From a virus, in IMG/VR virus record IMGVR_UViG_3300027969_000042, positions 32,001-96,000 of that record: DNA of 64,000 bases; one strand, given 5' to 3'. The first letter of the stretch is position 1, and the number at the start of each line of letters is the position of its first letter. Shown one piece after another: positions 1 to 13,200 of this stretch. Below the pieces are notes generated by a model. It saw only the letters and a list, made by a program, of their open reading frames with translations, made no database searches and was not told where the DNA came from. Made by a program: the position numbers and the translations under genes.

Positions 1-3000
1 GTTAGTATGGCACCATTTATTGGTGGTGTTCCTGTTCCTGTTCTTATTTGTACTTCGGAACCGTTAGTATCACCAACACTATTATCTATATCACCTGATA
101 TAATTATCAGTATTTTTCCAGAAAAAGTTGGTGTTATCGATGCAGATAATCCCATCATTACACCAGTTATCGAAGTAGTAGTATTTGGATCACTAGGTGT
201 TTTCTGAGTAGTTGTATTCACAACAGAACCAGTTGCTCCAGTTGCTCCGGATGTTCCTGATGAACCACTTGTACCTGATGAACCAGATGAACCACTTGTT
301 CCTGAAGAACCACTTGGACCTGTAGCACCAATTATACCACTTGTACCTGATGAACCGGATGTTCCAGAAGAACCACTTGGACCTGTAGCACCAATTATAC
401 CACTTGTACCTGATGAACCACTTGTACCTGATGAACCGGATGTTCCAGAAGAACCACTTGGACCTGTAGCACCAATTATACCACTTGTACCTGATGAACC
501 ACTTGTACCGGATGTACCTCTTGTACCCGAAGAACCAGATGAACCACTTGTTCCAGATGAACCAGAACTACCGGATGAACCACTTGTTCCAGATGAACCA
601 CTTGTACCTGATGAACCACTTGTACCGGATGAACCACTTGTGCCGGATGAACCATTACTACCAGTCGGACCAGTATTTATAGGTGCAGTTTGCCAAGTTG
701 CGGCAGTTGCAGAAACGGCCATTAAAACCTGTCCTATACTAGGTGCAGTTGCACCTGCTATATAAACTGGAGTTGTATTTGTTTTTAAACTATCAGATTC
801 AACATAATTTGTCAAACCGGTTATTGTCTTATTTGTTAAAGATTGTGTCAAACTTGTTATATTATCTAATATAACTTTATCAGTGCTTAACATAAATCCA
901 TTATCAATACTTGTTACAACAGAGTGTAAAGTACCACCTGGTTGATTACCGTGTGCGTGAATATGATCTTGTCTTGCAAAAGCATTTACTCCACCAATTT
1001 GACTAAAAGTTCCAATTGTAGAAGGTGTTCCCGTTGGTAAAGGATCTACTCCACCAGGAAGATGTCTTGAAGCATGAGATGTAATACTAACATTGTTTAT
1101 TAAGTTTACACCAGTAATAGAGTTGCTACCCATTTGTAAATTACTAGTTAGTGCTCTTGTACCATTTGATAATAAGTATTGTGGATGGTCATCATTAGAT
1201 AATCCTATTAAAGAAGAGTGTTCTGAGGATGCATTAATACCAGCTGCTCTAAAACCAACTAATGGTCTTTGATCTCTAATCTCTGCTATACTTGCAGTTC
1301 CTTGTTGAACTATAATACCAGCAATTAAAGCGACTGCATCGGTAAAATAATCTGGAGGTGTTGCCAAATTAGCAACTTGTGCTGCTAATATATCAGTATG
1401 TTGAGTATTATCATAAACCATAAAATATTTCTCTTCTATACCATCTCCAATTACATATAATGAGTGTTTTGCATAGTATGATGCACTTAATGAAATTAAA
1501 GAGTTAGTACCAGCATAATAGTTATTATCAACTGAATTAGTTGATGAGATTATCCAATCACCTAAACCATCAGGATAATAACTACTAAATGTAATTCCTA
1601 TTCCACCAGACGGATTAAATTCATTGGCACCAAAGTAGTATGTTCCTTGTGAAACATTTAATTGTAATGATTGTGATGCATTTTGCGTTACAATAGACCC
1701 AGAAGAATAAATCGGACCCAATCCTTTTCTCAATAATTTAACTGCTCTATTTGACCAGTGTTCCGCAGGAAGTGGTGTTTTTTCAATAAACTCAAATCCC
1801 ACCGAATTTGTTCTTACTCTACCTAATAATATATTTGCAGAAGTATCTGGAATAGTAGTATCAGAGGTTAAAACCTTTGATTCATTAAAATAAATATATC
1901 TAGTTGAATGTGGTGTAATACCTATTGATGAATTATCCCAATCATGTCTGTTTAAAATACCGACCGTACCAATAAATCCAGAGTTTATATGAAAATATCC
2001 AAATCCAGCAGCAACACTAAGTGTTAAACCACTTCCATTAGATAATTCACCGCCTTCAATAACACCCATTGTAGATGCTCTTGATATAAGTGTAGATACA
2101 TCAGTTGTTACTGTTGGTGTATATGTAATATTTAATCCACCAGAAATTGTAAAATCTCCAATTACTGAATCAGAATATGCTATACTTACACCATCTGCCA
2201 AAGTAACTACTTTTGATTTTTCAAATGAACCATTTAAGTTTCCTATTGTATCAGGATGATTTATTTGTATATGATGATTTGTAGTTTGACAAGATATACC
2301 AACACCAATTATATTAGAAGCAGTATCTAAACCAGTTGTTGGATTAGTAATACCATAGTCCCATGATGTATAATTTACTGCATTTAATCTAGATTTTGCA
2401 CCATTTTCAATTATTAAAAATGTTGATCCTAATTGAATAGTCCCTGCATTTGCTTGCACCGAGTTCATTACAATCTCACAATTTATACCAGATGCTTTTG
2501 CAAACCAAGTTGGTTTAACAGTTGCCATACCTTGTGAATAACAATGTAAAAGTAAGATTCTTGAAGGTACTGAGTTATTATTGTTATAAGCAGTAAATCC
2601 TTTATCAAATTCAAATGAATCTCCGTATCTTGAATCTACTACTTGTACAGTTGTTCTACTAGTGTCTGCATAACAAATAACATGTGAATCATTAGTACCA
2701 AATATAACATCTTTTATAATAAATGCACTTTGATCTGTACCAGTAGGTGATGTATGATAAAATGCAGCATAACCTAAACCGGCACCAGTTACTGTAATAC
2801 CGGATACTGCACAATCATCTTTTCCTAAGAATATATGTTGTGTATTTGTTTTAGGTAAAACTCTTGTGGTTCTACTTCCTTTTATATCAACATAAGATCT
2901 CATTTGAATAGTATCTTCATAATAATCACCAGGACCAACATTTATTGTATATCCATTTGTTATTGTAGCATCATTTACAGATTCAACTGCTGCTTTAATA

Positions 3001-5420
3001 GAAGTAAAATCTCCACCTTTTTTAGATACTGTTATTAAGTTTATATCTCTATTTACAACATAAAATGGTGCCAATTTAGGGATATTTATTTTTTCATATT
3101 TAATTGCACCAAAAATTTCTCCTTGCGTATCAGGATGTTCAATAAGTAAGTCATATGAAACACTTTCTAATAATTTAATACCATTTGATTTGAATGTTGA
3201 GAATGTACCAACATTACCAACTTTTACTGCATTATACCAATTGGTAAAATATGAACCAACTACATCTAGTGATGCACCATCTTCTAAATAAGCACCAATA
3301 CCATATCCTTCACCTTTATTACCAGATGTCAGTATATCAACTGATGCACCAACTCCTGATATAAAAGTACCAATTGAGTTTGTACCACCTATTGGTAAAT
3401 TATAATAATTTTCTAAATTCACATAAGAGATAAATTCATTTTCTGAAATAACTTTAACACCATAAGAATACACTCCATTAAAATCGATATATTCTCCATA
3501 AAATTCACTATCAACAGAGTTTGCAGTTACTTCAATACCTATATCACAACTTTCAAATGAAATTTTATGAACTTGTGAGTAGTTACCATTATTATAGACT
3601 CTAATGGCAGGAACTCCAATTGAACTATTTTGTATTGTTAAAAATGAAATTTCATTATTTGTACCTAAATCAAAAACTACATTATCTGCAATTGGTTCTA
3701 TAACTACTGAATCAATAGATGAACCAACAATAGATACATATGGACTATTAGTTAAATCTATAGTAGGTTCTAAATAAATACCTGGATTTACTTTAATAAT
3801 ATATCTGTTATTCTCATCCATATCATTAATAGATGCAACTGCAGCTGCTAATGATTGATGATCTCCATCTCTTTTTGCAACAGTTATAATTTTTAAGTCA
3901 TAGTTATAAATATAAAATGGTGCACCGTCTAAATAAAATTTAGTATGGTCAACAACTCCAAAACAAAATCCTGTTGTTAAAGGATGCTCAATATAAAAAT
4001 CATATATACCAGATTCTGATATAGATAAGCTATTTAATCTTAAATCTGGTGCATTTAAACCTTCATTTTTTGAATATATTGTTTTTTCAAATCCTCTTAA
4101 TGTTGATGCTAGTGCAATTACTTGAGCACCATCATAAACAATTATACCAGTTGTACCAGTTGCTGGTTTTACTCGTATTGTTGAGTTTGTCAATGTAAAT
4201 AATGTATTTACACCATATACTGTAATAAATGTTACAAGTGGTGATACTAAGTCATAGTAATTACAATCTACTAATAAAATTTGTGTAATAACCTCATTAG
4301 TATTATTTACTAAAAATCCATATTTATTTGTACCTGTAATTGTACATCTATTTACATGAACCAATGACTTTTCTACTGCACCATAACAATGTACCTGTGT
4401 TTCATTATTTTTAAAATTACAATCTCTAATAACAAATTCAACTCCACCAGTACCTTCATGATAAACTGCTAATCCACCAATCCCATTGGCACCACTTAAA
4501 GTTACTTTATTGATTGATGACTCATCACAACCTATAAAAATAGTACTTGTGCTATCAATTGGTTTAACAATTACTCCACCGGTAGTATCACCGATAACAG
4601 AAATATGTGATTTCATTGTTATTGTGTCTTCTTCATATACACCAGGTCCAACTTTAATAATAAATGGATTAGATGCAGATGCGGTTGTAATTGAATCAAC
4701 TGCTTCTTTAATACTTGAAAATTGATTAGATCCAGTTGTTCCTTTTTTAACAGTAATTATATTGGTATCATAGATTTGTAAATCTAATTGATCGATTGCT
4801 AATTGCACATTAGTTTGTGTTAGACTACCAATTGGTTCATAAGTTACTAATGATGCAGTAAATGATGTTGGTGTTAGTCCGATCTCTCCTTGTGGTCCTG
4901 TCACTCCTTGAGGTCCAGGTATAGTTGAATCCGCTCCTGTTGCACCGATTGGTCCTATTTCTCCTTGAGGTCCTGTTGCACCGATTGGTCCTTGAGGTCC
5001 AGGTATATTTGAATCCGCTCCTGTTGCACCGATTGGTCCGATCTCTCCTTGTGGTCCAGTTGCACCGATTGACCCTACTTCTCCTTGAGGTCCAGTTGCA
5101 CCAGTCGTTGCTTGTTCAAATACATGTGTTACGTAGTTTTGAATATCTTTATCTATTAGAATAGGTACGTTACTAGTTAGTGTATCTATCTGTTGTTGTA
5201 ATCTTATTAAAGCAAGTTTTGCCTCATTTTGTGTTGAGAAATCTATTATTACAACTTTTAATGACTTTAAACTTATTCTTAATAGATTATTATCAACAGA
5301 TACATTTATTATAACAAATGGATTTATTGTATATTTAATATCATTAGTATCATCTAAAACTTTAATACTTCTGTCAGATGTAGTAATTGGTCTCAAAAAT
5401 TTATAGTAACTATAACTCAT
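1..5420 (-). CDS. Giant tail fibre/adhesin, >1806 aa, running off the window start: collagen-like repeats, three tandem beta-helix modules, fibre motifs and SSGTSG repeats
   Basis: Not in the ORF track (no stop inside the window). ATG at 5420 gives [11 protein letters not shown]...; the frame was in register wherever I translated it, including position 3 ([19 protein letters not shown]), though I did not check every codon. Contains GATGPQGE repeats, ITVxKxG-D-F/H-xSI..AV.SI...I.VGPG.Y.E x3, DDHPQY and [12 protein letters not shown]. Confidence 0.85.
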   Translation of the reverse strand, partial: MSYSYYKFLRPITTSDRSIKVLDDTNDIKYTINPFVIINVSVDNNLLRISLKSLKVVIIDFSTQNEAKLALIRLQQQIDTLTSNVPILIDKDIQNYVTHVFEQATTGATGPQGEVGSIGATGPQGEIGPIGATGADSNIPGPQGPIGATGPQGEIGPIGATGADSTIPGPQGVTGPQGEIGLTPTSFTASLVTYEPIGSLTQTNVQLAIDQLDLQIYDTNIITVKKGTTGSNQFSSIKEAVDSITTASASNPFIIKVGPGVYEEDTITMKSHISVIGDTTGGVIVKPIDSTSTIFIGCDESSINKVTLSGANGIGGLAVYHEGTGGVEFVIRDCNFKNNETQVHCYGAVEKSLVHVNRCTITGTNKYGFLVNNTNEVITQILLVDCNYYDLVSPLVTFITVYGVNTLFTLTNSTIRVKPATGTTGIIVYDGAQVIALASTLRGFEKTIYSKNEGLNAPDLRLNSLSISESGIYDFYIEHPLTTGFCFGVVDHTKFYLDGAPFYIYNYDLKIITVAKRDGDHQSLAAAVASINDMDENNRYIIKVNPGIYLEPTIDLTNSPYVSIVGSSIDSVVIEPIADNVVFDLGTNNEISFLTIQNSSIGVPAIRVYNNGNYSQVHKISFESCDIGIEVTANSVDSEFYGEYIDFNGVYSYGVKVISENEFISYVNLENYYNLPIGGTNSIGTFISGVGASVDILTSGNKGEGYGIGAYLEDGASLDVVGSYFTNWYNAVKVGNVGTFSTFKSNGIKLLESVSYDLLIEHPDTQGEIFGAIKYEKINIPKLAPFYVVNRDINLITVSKKGGDFTSIKAAVESVNDATITNGYTINVGPGDYYEDTIQMRSYVDIKGSRTTRVLPKTNTQHIFLGKDDCAVSGITVTGAGLGYAAFYHTSPTGTDQSAFIIKDVIFGTNDSHVICYADTSRTTVQVVDSRYGDSFEFDKGFTAYNNNNSVPSRILLLHCYSQGMATVKPTWFAKASGINCEIVMNSVQANAGTIQLGSTFLIIENGAKSRLNAVNYTSWDYGITNPTTGLDTASNIIGVGISCQTTNHHIQINHPDTIGNLNGSFEKSKVVTLADGVSIAYSDSVIGDFTISGGLNITYTPTVTTDVSTLISRASTMGVIEGGELSNGSGLTLSVAAGFGYFHINSGFIGTVGILNRHDWDNSSIGITPHSTRYIYFNESKVLTSDTTIPDTSANILLGRVRTNSVGFEFIEKTPLPAEHWSNRAVKLLRKGLGPIYSSGSIVTQNASQSLQLNVSQGTYYFGANEFNPSGGIGITFSSYYPDGLGDWIISSTNSVDNNYYAGTNSLISLSASYYAKHSLYVIGDGIEEKYFMVYDNTQHTDILAAQVANLATPPDYFTDAVALIAGIIVQQGTASIAEIRDQRPLVGFRAAGINASSEHSSLIGLSNDDHPQYLLSNGTRALTSNLQMGSNSITGVNLINNVSITSHASRHLPGGVDPLPTGTPSTIGTFSQIGGVNAFARQDHIHAHGNQPGGTLHSVVTSIDNGFMLSTDKVILDNITSLTQSLTNKTITGLTNYVESDSLKTNTTPVYIAGATAPSIGQVLMAVSATAATWQTAPINTGPTGSNGSSGTSGSSGTSGSSGTSGSSGTSGSSGSSGSSGTSGSSGSSGTRGTSGTSGSSGTSGIIGATGPSGSSGTSGSSGTSGSSGTSGIIGATGPSGSSGTSGSSGTSGIIGATGPSGSSGTSGSSGSSGTSGSSGTSGATGATGSVVNTTTQKTPSDPNTTTSITGVMMGLSASITPTFSGKILIIISGDIDNSVGDTNGSEVQIRTGTGTPPINGAIL
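230..665 (-). repeat. Coding low-complexity repeat (SSGTSG / [11 protein letters not shown] units; ~63-nt unit three times)
   Basis: Repeated ccacttgtacctgatgaa and ggacctgtagcaccaattata on the + strand, in frame with the fibre gene. Confidence 0.9.
4890..5110 (-). repeat. Collagen-like Gly-X-Y coding repeat
   Basis: [38 protein letters not shown] in the fibre frame. Confidence 0.9.
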
Positions 5421-5435
5421 TATTTTAATTTATTT

Positions 5436-6572
5436 TTATACTGTTATTGTAAGGTCCATATGAACACCTTCTAATGTATTGTGTGCTATATCAGAAAAAT
5501 TGAATGTTAGTGAATATGTACCTGGTACTAATATTGTTGAAATACTTGCGGTTGAACTACTTAAAATTATATTAGAAGGTTGCATAGACATAGTTCCATC
5601 TCTATTATCATGTATTGTATCAACTAATAAATCAATCAATAGTGATGAATCTATATAAGATCCACTTACACCATAAGTTGATAAAGAGAACTCTGTAGAG
5701 AAAGTTAAACCCATTGATGTATTATAAGGACCATTGATTAAATCACCGTTAAATGCAATAAAATCATTATCTAAATCACCAACTGAATTATTAAAGTAAA
5801 CAGTAGGATCTTCATTATCACCAGTAGGTATTGCATCAATGTTAATATCTGGATTTTCAATTATATAATTTAATATTGAGTGAGCTTGATAAGCATCATA
5901 TTCTGTTAAAAATTGTAGGAAAATAGTTCCATAACTAGCATCATCTATAATTAAAATTGTGCCAGTTTTTTCAATTGTTTCGATATTCACAATTTCGATA
6001 TAAATCAAAGGTCTAATAGTAGTTCCTTTATCATTTATCTTAATAGATTCTCCTATAATATGTGTTTTAATATCTGTATAATTTAAACCAACAAATGAAG
6101 TACTTGATTTATTTACAGAGTCATTAAAGAATGTATATGTGTCATCAATAACACCAACCATAACATCTAATGATACTGGATATTTTTCACTTGGATTTGA
6201 TAGATAAAGTTGTTTGATTCTGTTAGTTGAGTTACCAGTTAAAACCATCATTTGTGCCATTGTATGAACTTTGGCCATATCATCATAAAAGCACCAATTT
6301 ATATAGTTGTCTTCTTCAACTGATTTTTGATTATAAACAGCTTTTATACAAAGAAAAGTTGCATTATCACCTAGTCCTAAATGATTTAATAAGTAATTGG
6401 TTTGTCCAGATTTAAGTATAACTCTACTTCTAAGTAATTGTTTATATGGCATTCTTAAATCAGAAACAGTAAGTCTATCTACTGTATTGGCACCTTCGAT
6501 TGCAATAAAATCTCCTCCACTTACTTTGATATATTGAGCACTAGCTCCAAATAATGATGATTGACATCCCAT
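5436..6572 (-). CDS. Hypothetical virion structural protein
   Basis: 378-aa ORF in a structural cluster, preceded by a TAATATATACA motif. Confidence 0.7.
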   Translation of the reverse strand: MGCQSSLFGASAQYIKVSGGDFIAIEGANTVDRLTVSDLRMPYKQLLRSRVILKSGQTNYLLNHLGLGDNATFLCIKAVYNQKSVEEDNYINWCFYDDMAKVHTMAQMMVLTGNSTNRIKQLYLSNPSEKYPVSLDVMVGVIDDTYTFFNDSVNKSSTSFVGLNYTDIKTHIIGESIKINDKGTTIRPLIYIEIVNIETIEKTGTILIIDDASYGTIFLQFLTEYDAYQAHSILNYIIENPDINIDAIPTGDNEDPTVYFNNSVGDLDNDFIAFNGDLINGPYNTSMGLTFSTEFSLSTYGVSGSYIDSSLLIDLLVDTIHDNRDGTMSMQPSNIILSSSTASISTILVPGTYSLTFNFSDIAHNTLEGVHMDLTITV

Positions 6573-6618
6573 AATAAATTATTAATTTTAATGTATATAT
6601 TAAAAATTAAAAATCTAT

Positions 6619-9330
6619 TTACTTAATATCTTCAATATTTATTGCATACCTCTCTTTTAATACATCAGAATTTGATATTCTAGTTATTCTAATTTTTTTA
6701 CCTTTATTAAAACTAAAATAAGGCATATTAGAAAGTAAATAACCATTATTTACATTATTTATATTATTTGTAGCAGTTGAGTTAAAAGATAGTGGTAATG
6801 ATGCTGTTGAACCATAGTTAACTAAACTTGCATTTGAACTAATATCTAGTATTATATAAGAATCTACTGAATCTACTGACTGAACTGTATATTGACCAGA
6901 AAAATCATAAATAGAAGAAGTTCCAACAAATAAGTTATTTAAGTGAAGAACATCACCAGTTTTAATTGAATTTGTTACTAACTCTTGAGGTGCTTTTAAA
7001 GGTACCCTCAATACAGAACCAACATCCAAAAGTATTAACTTATCTAAGTTTATTTCAAACTTAAACTCATTCCATAAGTAAGATGAATTAGGTTGTTGTG
7101 TGAATGTGTTATAGTAAACTGGTAAGTTTATACCACCTGCTAGTAAAACTTGTGTTGTTGCCTGAGTAGTTGTGTTTATAATATCAGTATTCATATAAAT
7201 ATCTAACATCTTATTCTGAGTAGAGAAGTTACCAGCAACAATATTAATATCAACTGATTGTTTATAATATAAATCCTTATCAAAAATAAAAGTTAGTTTA
7301 TCATTATTAGTTAAGTCCAACTCAACTTCATCATTATTAGTGAAATTTACTAAAAAGTCTCTATTTTTAGGAACTGTTAAAGTCGCGGGTATAATACCTT
7401 GTGAACTATACATATCAGTTGCATTATAAACATAAACTCTTTCATAAGAAGTATTTACTGTGTCTAATTGTATATACGGTGGTGTTCCGGGAACTGTAGT
7501 AACATCTATAGTTTCTGATGATAAAATTTGATTAGTTGAATATAATCTTAATAAACTTTCAAGATTTTGAATTTTTGTATTTAGTGTTGCTAAATCTGTT
7601 TGTGTGTAAATTAAACTTTTTAAGAAGGTTACTTCATCTCTAACATTACCTTGTTCTGCAAGTAGATTTATAAAACTGTCATTTGTTGCAGCAAGTTTAG
7701 ACATTGACTTATTAAACAAGTTCATACTAAACATGGAATTTATAGCATCAGGATTATATGAATCTTGTGGATTTTCATTTATTATATTAAAGTTAAGATT
7801 TAAACTAAATGCAAATGAAGTACCATCTTGTATTCCATTAGTTACAAACTTTTTATAAGTTGGAAATCTTAAACTTGTTTCTTCAGGAATTACATTATTA
7901 TCCGGGTGATCTAAAAATGAAACACCATATAAATTAGTTGTTGATTTACCACTATTATCCTCAACAGTATAATACCATAAAATAGCATTAAATTCAAATG
8001 CAACTGGTGGTAAATTATTTATCTCTAAAGCATTAAATTGATCAAAGTTAGTTAAGTTTCTACCTAAGATATTCATTTTAACATAGTGATTAGTATTAAA
8101 GTTCATTGTAATACCATCAATGTTTTTACCATTGACAATAGGTGAATTTATATTACCATCTATACCATAATATTTACCACTTCTTCTGAATGAGTCACCA
8201 GGTGCTGTTTCATATGTAAAATCGGTAGTATCATATTGTCCAAAGTAAGAACCTGGATAATTTTGTGGTGTATTTACAATTGGTGAATTAAATGATTCTG
8301 CTCCAATTATTTCTGGTTGATATTGACTAGGAATAATAGGAAAAGTTTTATTAGGTTTGTAATTCACATCCGTCATCGTTCTAAAAAGAATGTCTGGTGT
8401 TTGACCAGTATGATCTGGAATATGTGCATGAACCTCTGTATAAGAACGATTAGCTTGTTGAACATTACTAACACCTTGTACTTCACCAATATATCTAACT
8501 AATCTATTATAAACTAATTTTGCCTTACCAGTTACAGGTGAAGTATTTAAACTAAAGACATTATTAGTAGCTAATTCAAATGTTACTATATTTCCACTAA
8601 CTGATCTTACTCTTACATTTATACCACTATCGGTTTCTATACCTTGTAAATCTGATATAGCCTGTGTAGACAATCCTATTACATTATAAATATTTACAAC
8701 ATCACCAATTACAAAGTTAGTAGTACCATTGAAGGTAATTACTAAATACCCAGTTGATCCATCAAAATATGGTGTGTCCCACTCAACAACTTCTCTTTCC
8801 TTCCATAAATATTCTGGAAAGTATTGATCATCATTTACATTACCTGATTGAAACTCTGCCAAATTACTAAAGTATTCGTCATCTGGAATAGCAGGTTCAA
8901 AATCAATTATATTTAATTTCTTTGCCCATTTAAAGAAAATCTTTTCTGTTGTAGTTTCAAGTGCATTGTTATCATAATAATACTCAGTATTATTTAGTTT
9001 TGATTCTTTTATAGTAACTTCTTGATTTGCGACATAGTTTCTTAATGATTCGATTATTTCTTCACTAAAATTTGCAGCAGGTGTTGCAGCAAATGATTTT
9101 TTAAATTTAGTTTCAAAGTCAAAGTAAATTGGTTTTGATGCAGTTGGTGAACCAGTAGCCTCTGTATATTGTTCAGTTACTTGCTTTGGTAGATTTAATA
9201 AAGCGTATTTAGAAAAATACATTTTATAATTTGAGTTCTGATATGCTGCTGAAATATCTTCTGCTGCACTAGGGAACGCATAAAACGTAGTACCGTTAGT
9301 CTTTAGTGATTTATATAAAGGACAAGACAT
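6619..9330 (-). CDS. Large hypothetical structural protein (baseplate/tail-like)
   Basis: 903-aa N/T/S-rich, beta-rich ORF with a late-type motif upstream. Confidence 0.7.
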   Translation of the reverse strand: MSCPLYKSLKTNGTTFYAFPSAAEDISAAYQNSNYKMYFSKYALLNLPKQVTEQYTEATGSPTASKPIYFDFETKFKKSFAATPAANFSEEIIESLRNYVANQEVTIKESKLNNTEYYYDNNALETTTEKIFFKWAKKLNIIDFEPAIPDDEYFSNLAEFQSGNVNDDQYFPEYLWKEREVVEWDTPYFDGSTGYLVITFNGTTNFVIGDVVNIYNVIGLSTQAISDLQGIETDSGINVRVRSVSGNIVTFELATNNVFSLNTSPVTGKAKLVYNRLVRYIGEVQGVSNVQQANRSYTEVHAHIPDHTGQTPDILFRTMTDVNYKPNKTFPIIPSQYQPEIIGAESFNSPIVNTPQNYPGSYFGQYDTTDFTYETAPGDSFRRSGKYYGIDGNINSPIVNGKNIDGITMNFNTNHYVKMNILGRNLTNFDQFNALEINNLPPVAFEFNAILWYYTVEDNSGKSTTNLYGVSFLDHPDNNVIPEETSLRFPTYKKFVTNGIQDGTSFAFSLNLNFNIINENPQDSYNPDAINSMFSMNLFNKSMSKLAATNDSFINLLAEQGNVRDEVTFLKSLIYTQTDLATLNTKIQNLESLLRLYSTNQILSSETIDVTTVPGTPPYIQLDTVNTSYERVYVYNATDMYSSQGIIPATLTVPKNRDFLVNFTNNDEVELDLTNNDKLTFIFDKDLYYKQSVDINIVAGNFSTQNKMLDIYMNTDIINTTTQATTQVLLAGGINLPVYYNTFTQQPNSSYLWNEFKFEINLDKLILLDVGSVLRVPLKAPQELVTNSIKTGDVLHLNNLFVGTSSIYDFSGQYTVQSVDSVDSYIILDISSNASLVNYGSTASLPLSFNSTATNNINNVNNGYLLSNMPYFSFNKGKKIRITRISNSDVLKERYAINIEDIK

Positions 9331-9385
9331 AAATTTATAGTGTATATTTTATTTATATATAAAAAAATGAAACCTCTATTAAATG

Positions 9386-9416
9386 AAAAATCCTCACTTA
9401 CTGAGGATTTTATTTT
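9386..9416. terminator. Intrinsic terminator
   Basis: AAAAATCCTCA-cttac-TGAGGATTTT. Confidence 0.75.
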
Positions 9417-9435
9417 ATAACAAAATTTAGAATTA

Positions 9436-9806
9436 TTATTTAAAATTTTTAATTTTTTGTAATCTAGATTTAAAACTAACTGCGGTTTTATAGTCTCTTT
9501 CCATTAAGGATGGATTATTCCTACTTATTGACTTTACTACACTATCAGATAAACTTAATAGAGTATCACAGTAATCAGTTATAACATTACGTTCAATCTG
9601 TAAATCTAAATATACTTTTTCTAAACTATCAATTGCAGATTTCATAGTCCATATATAATCACTTAATTCATTATATGATCTAAAATAAGTATTAGATTTA
9701 AGATAATCTATAGAATCTTTAATTATTTTTAATTCTTTAATTCTTTTTTCTCAAGTTTTGCAATTGGATCTGATTTGAACCAATTAAATTTTTCTAAGTG
9801 TTTCAT
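9436..9806 (-). pseudogene. Hypothetical gene split by a 1-nt frameshift at an A6 run (9744-9749)
   Basis: ATG at 9806 gives MKHLEKFNWFKSDPIAKLEKKELKN*. The -1 frame is open from the A run into ORF 9436..9645, giving a joined product of about 123 aa. Confidence 0.55.
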
Positions 9807-10225
9807 TATTTATTTATCATTTTAACGACTTCCATAAAAGCACGTTCTGTTCCTTTAATTACATATTCGTATAAACCAAACGCATTTACTTCTGTAGGTG
9901 ATTCATCATAGAACTTTATATTGTTTAAGATCTCATCTATATCATTTCTAAACTTTAAATAAAAGTCATATATATCAGAATCATTTATAAATCCTTCAAC
10001 TTTAACATCTTCTGGATTCTTTTCAAATGATTCAATAAATGATTTTAGTTCACCACCACTTTTTTGTATAGTATTTTCAATCATTTTATTTATTTCTTCT
10101 TTAACTTCAGTATATTTAGAACCATCTAAAGATTTAATACCTTCTGATTCTACTGGTGTTTCGGTTTGAACCTGAGTTGTTGACTCATCTGCTTCGTTTA
10201 TAAACTGTGAATATTTCTTTATCAT
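9806..10225 (-). CDS. Hypothetical acidic protein with CTS-like N-terminus
   Basis: MIKKYSQFINE; TAATATATAG lies just upstream of the ATG. Confidence 0.75.
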   Translation of the reverse strand: MIKKYSQFINEADESTTQVQTETPVESEGIKSLDGSKYTEVKEEINKMIENTIQKSGGELKSFIESFEKNPEDVKVEGFINDSDIYDFYLKFRNDIDEILNNIKFYDESPTEVNAFGLYEYVIKGTERAFMEVVKMINK

Positions 10226-10254
10226 ATACTATATATTAAATTTAAAATATAATT

Positions 10255-13200
10255 TTAACTCCATTTTGCTTTTTCTCCAAAAGTACCATCATACCAAATA
10301 CCTCCTTGCCAGTATCCAGTTTCAAAAATACCATTTGTCCAAATACCTGATCTCCAATCAGTATTTCTAAATCTACTTATAACTCTCATCTTTGTTTCAA
10401 CACCATTTCTATTTTCAAAATAAAAGTCATCATCGTAATAAGTACTACTATTATTAATATTAATATCAGAATCTATATAGATTCTAGTTGTTTTATTATC
10501 TAAATCTGGATTTTCTGCATAAAGTATTTTATATCTTTCTCTTCTAAAATAAGAACTGTAGTATGAACCACCAGATGATAACTGTTCTCCTTTAGGAACA
10601 ATAGTAATCTCATCTCCTATATTAAATCTAAATACTCCATTTAATGTTAAATAAGAATTATCTTGACTAATTTTAACTTTTATTATTTGTATCTCTTCTG
10701 ATATACCACCATACCAAACCCCTGATTTAAAATCAATATTATAGAAAATACCACCATATACATCACCAGAATACCAAGAACCAGTATACCATATTGAATA
10801 TTTATGTGATAAGGAAACTTGAGGTTCATCATTATTATCTAGTATCATTCTTGAATAAAAGCTACCGCTTAACCATTGACCACCATGCCAAGTTGCGGTT
10901 CTACTATTAAATGCTTTTGTTCCAAATCTGGATAAGCCATTTTTTTCCTCAAAAATACCATCATACCACATACCATTCTCAAAGTCTCCACCATTCCATT
11001 TACCATCAATCCAAAATGTTGGATCGTTGTTACAGTTCAGTATACCATCATTCCAAGTACCTGCTATCCAAATTCCACCAGAGAATTCACCATCATTCCA
11101 AGTACCATCATTCCAAGTACCTTTATACCAGTCTCCTGTATTCCAAGTACCACCATACCATCTACCATCAACCCAAACTCCATCGTTCCAAGTACCATCA
11201 TACCATCTTCCAGAAAACCAAGTTGATAAAGATTTATCTGAAGTGTTGTTGGCAACTTCAACAGATATTAAATTATCTTTAATTTTTTTAGCATTCCAAG
11301 TACCACCATACCAATCTCCCGATTTCCAAATACCTGACATCCAAGTACCACCAAACCATCTACCACATTCCCAATTACCTTTATACCAAATAATATTATT
11401 GGCATCAGTTCCAATTATAGCATCAGTAATTTCTGCTTCTAATATCCAAGGATAATTTAACGATAGTGTCTCAACTGTTAAACCATCAACTAGTCTAAAT
11501 CTAAACTTATTAAAATCAACATTTACTAAACTATAAACATCACCTGATAGGTTCAAATTATCAATACTTAATTCTATTGCATTCTTACCTCTTTTATCAA
11601 CACCAATATCAATAATATCAATTGGTTGATAATTTAAAAATGGATCTCTTTTAACATATTTAACAAATCCAGTATCACCAACAGTATTGGCACTAAAAGG
11701 TAAGTCAATATAGAAATTTAATGAATTTACTACAGTTACATTTTGATATCCAAAGTATTGTTGATTTAAAAACTGTGATGAGAAAGTACCTCCATTAAAC
11801 TCTAATGTAACACTATCACCAGTTTTTAAATCATGATTATCTTTACATATTATTAAAACCTTTCCATTATAATTAGTAGTACCAATGATAGGAATAGTAT
11901 ATTCCTTGGCAAGTCTTGTAATATTCATTGCCATCTCATTTTTATAATCAATATAAATTAAAGCAGATAATTCTCTGATAGTATCTACATCAGATAATAA
12001 TACTTTTGCATATGAATCAGTTGGTATTTTAAAGTTTAAATCTCTTTCATAGTTATAAAATTCTGATCCAAGTAACAAGTCTTTTTTCTTTAATAAACCT
12101 CTTTGTATATTATTTAATTCTTGTAAGTCATGACTAATTTGTAATAATGTACGTCTTGATTTAATATCCATTAAAGTAGGATAGTCTGATGTAGAATTTA
12201 TACTTGTTGCAAAGTTTATTTTTTTGTGAAATTCTATAACAAAAGGAGTATTACTAAAATTGGTGTCAGTTGTTATTTCTTTTTTCATAACTAACAATCT
12301 CTCGGTAGTATATGTATCATTTGATGTATAAATAGTAAGATCAATAAAAGTATTGATAAATATACTCTCCCACTCTAATCTCAAATCAGAACCAAAATAT
12401 ATCTTGTTTGATACATAATTATAATCAAAGTAAACCTCTGTTGTTGTTGTACTAGATGCAATTGATGCTGGTACAGATCTATAATCAGGCATTGCTAAGT
12501 ATTCTTTATTTGCATAAAATTTAGGAGTTGGACTCGTATTGTCATTTAATTGCTCTAAATAATCTAAAAGATTATATGTAGGAGTATATCCAAACTTTAG
12601 AAATCCACCAGTATATGACATCGTTGCAATAACAGAGTTAGTTCCTAATCGTATATCATCATTTACAAATACATTAGTTGCTAAGTTATAATATGATGTT
12701 AAGTTGTTAAATTTAGCATTTATAGTTATATTTGATGGAGTGTCTGAACTAGGTGGTGTATAGTTTAAATTATAACCATTAGAAATTGGATGTGAATTAA
12801 AATTATTTTCTAATTCACCAACTGTTTTATATTTATTTAGATTTATTATATTTATAGGACTACTTGTTTTAGTTAAATTTGTAATAATATTCTCATTAAA
12901 ATTAGTAAACATATAAAGATAGTTAAATGATCGATTTGAGGGTGCCATTTGACGTTCAAATTCACTTTGTGGTAAATTCTGAGGTATTGTTAATTCTGAA
13001 ATTCTATTAACAACAAAATTACCATCAACTACATCACTTTCCAATCTGATAACATCACCAACTCTAACAAGATATGTCATAGGTACTCTAATAATCATTA
13101 TTGAATCCTTCAAATAAATTGTAGATAATGCGGTAGGATATGTAATAGTAGGTGGATTCAATCCATTAAACCTACTTTGTTCAAAGTCAATTGATGGAGG

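Noticed and set aside
230-665. Direct-repeat array as a possible CRISPR or iteron array
   Set aside because: Units are multiples of 3 nt, lack unique spacers and encode SSGTSG repeats in the fibre frame.
7-5164. Plus-strand ORFs 7..207, 485..682, 4486..4725, 4925..5164
   Set aside because: Antisense shadows of the long minus-strand fibre gene and its repeats.
10911-11455. Overlapping ORFs 10911..11282, 11027..11455, 11064..11261 with repetitive translations
   Set aside because: Alternative-frame echoes of the W-x-x-G repeat in the 1947-aa gene.
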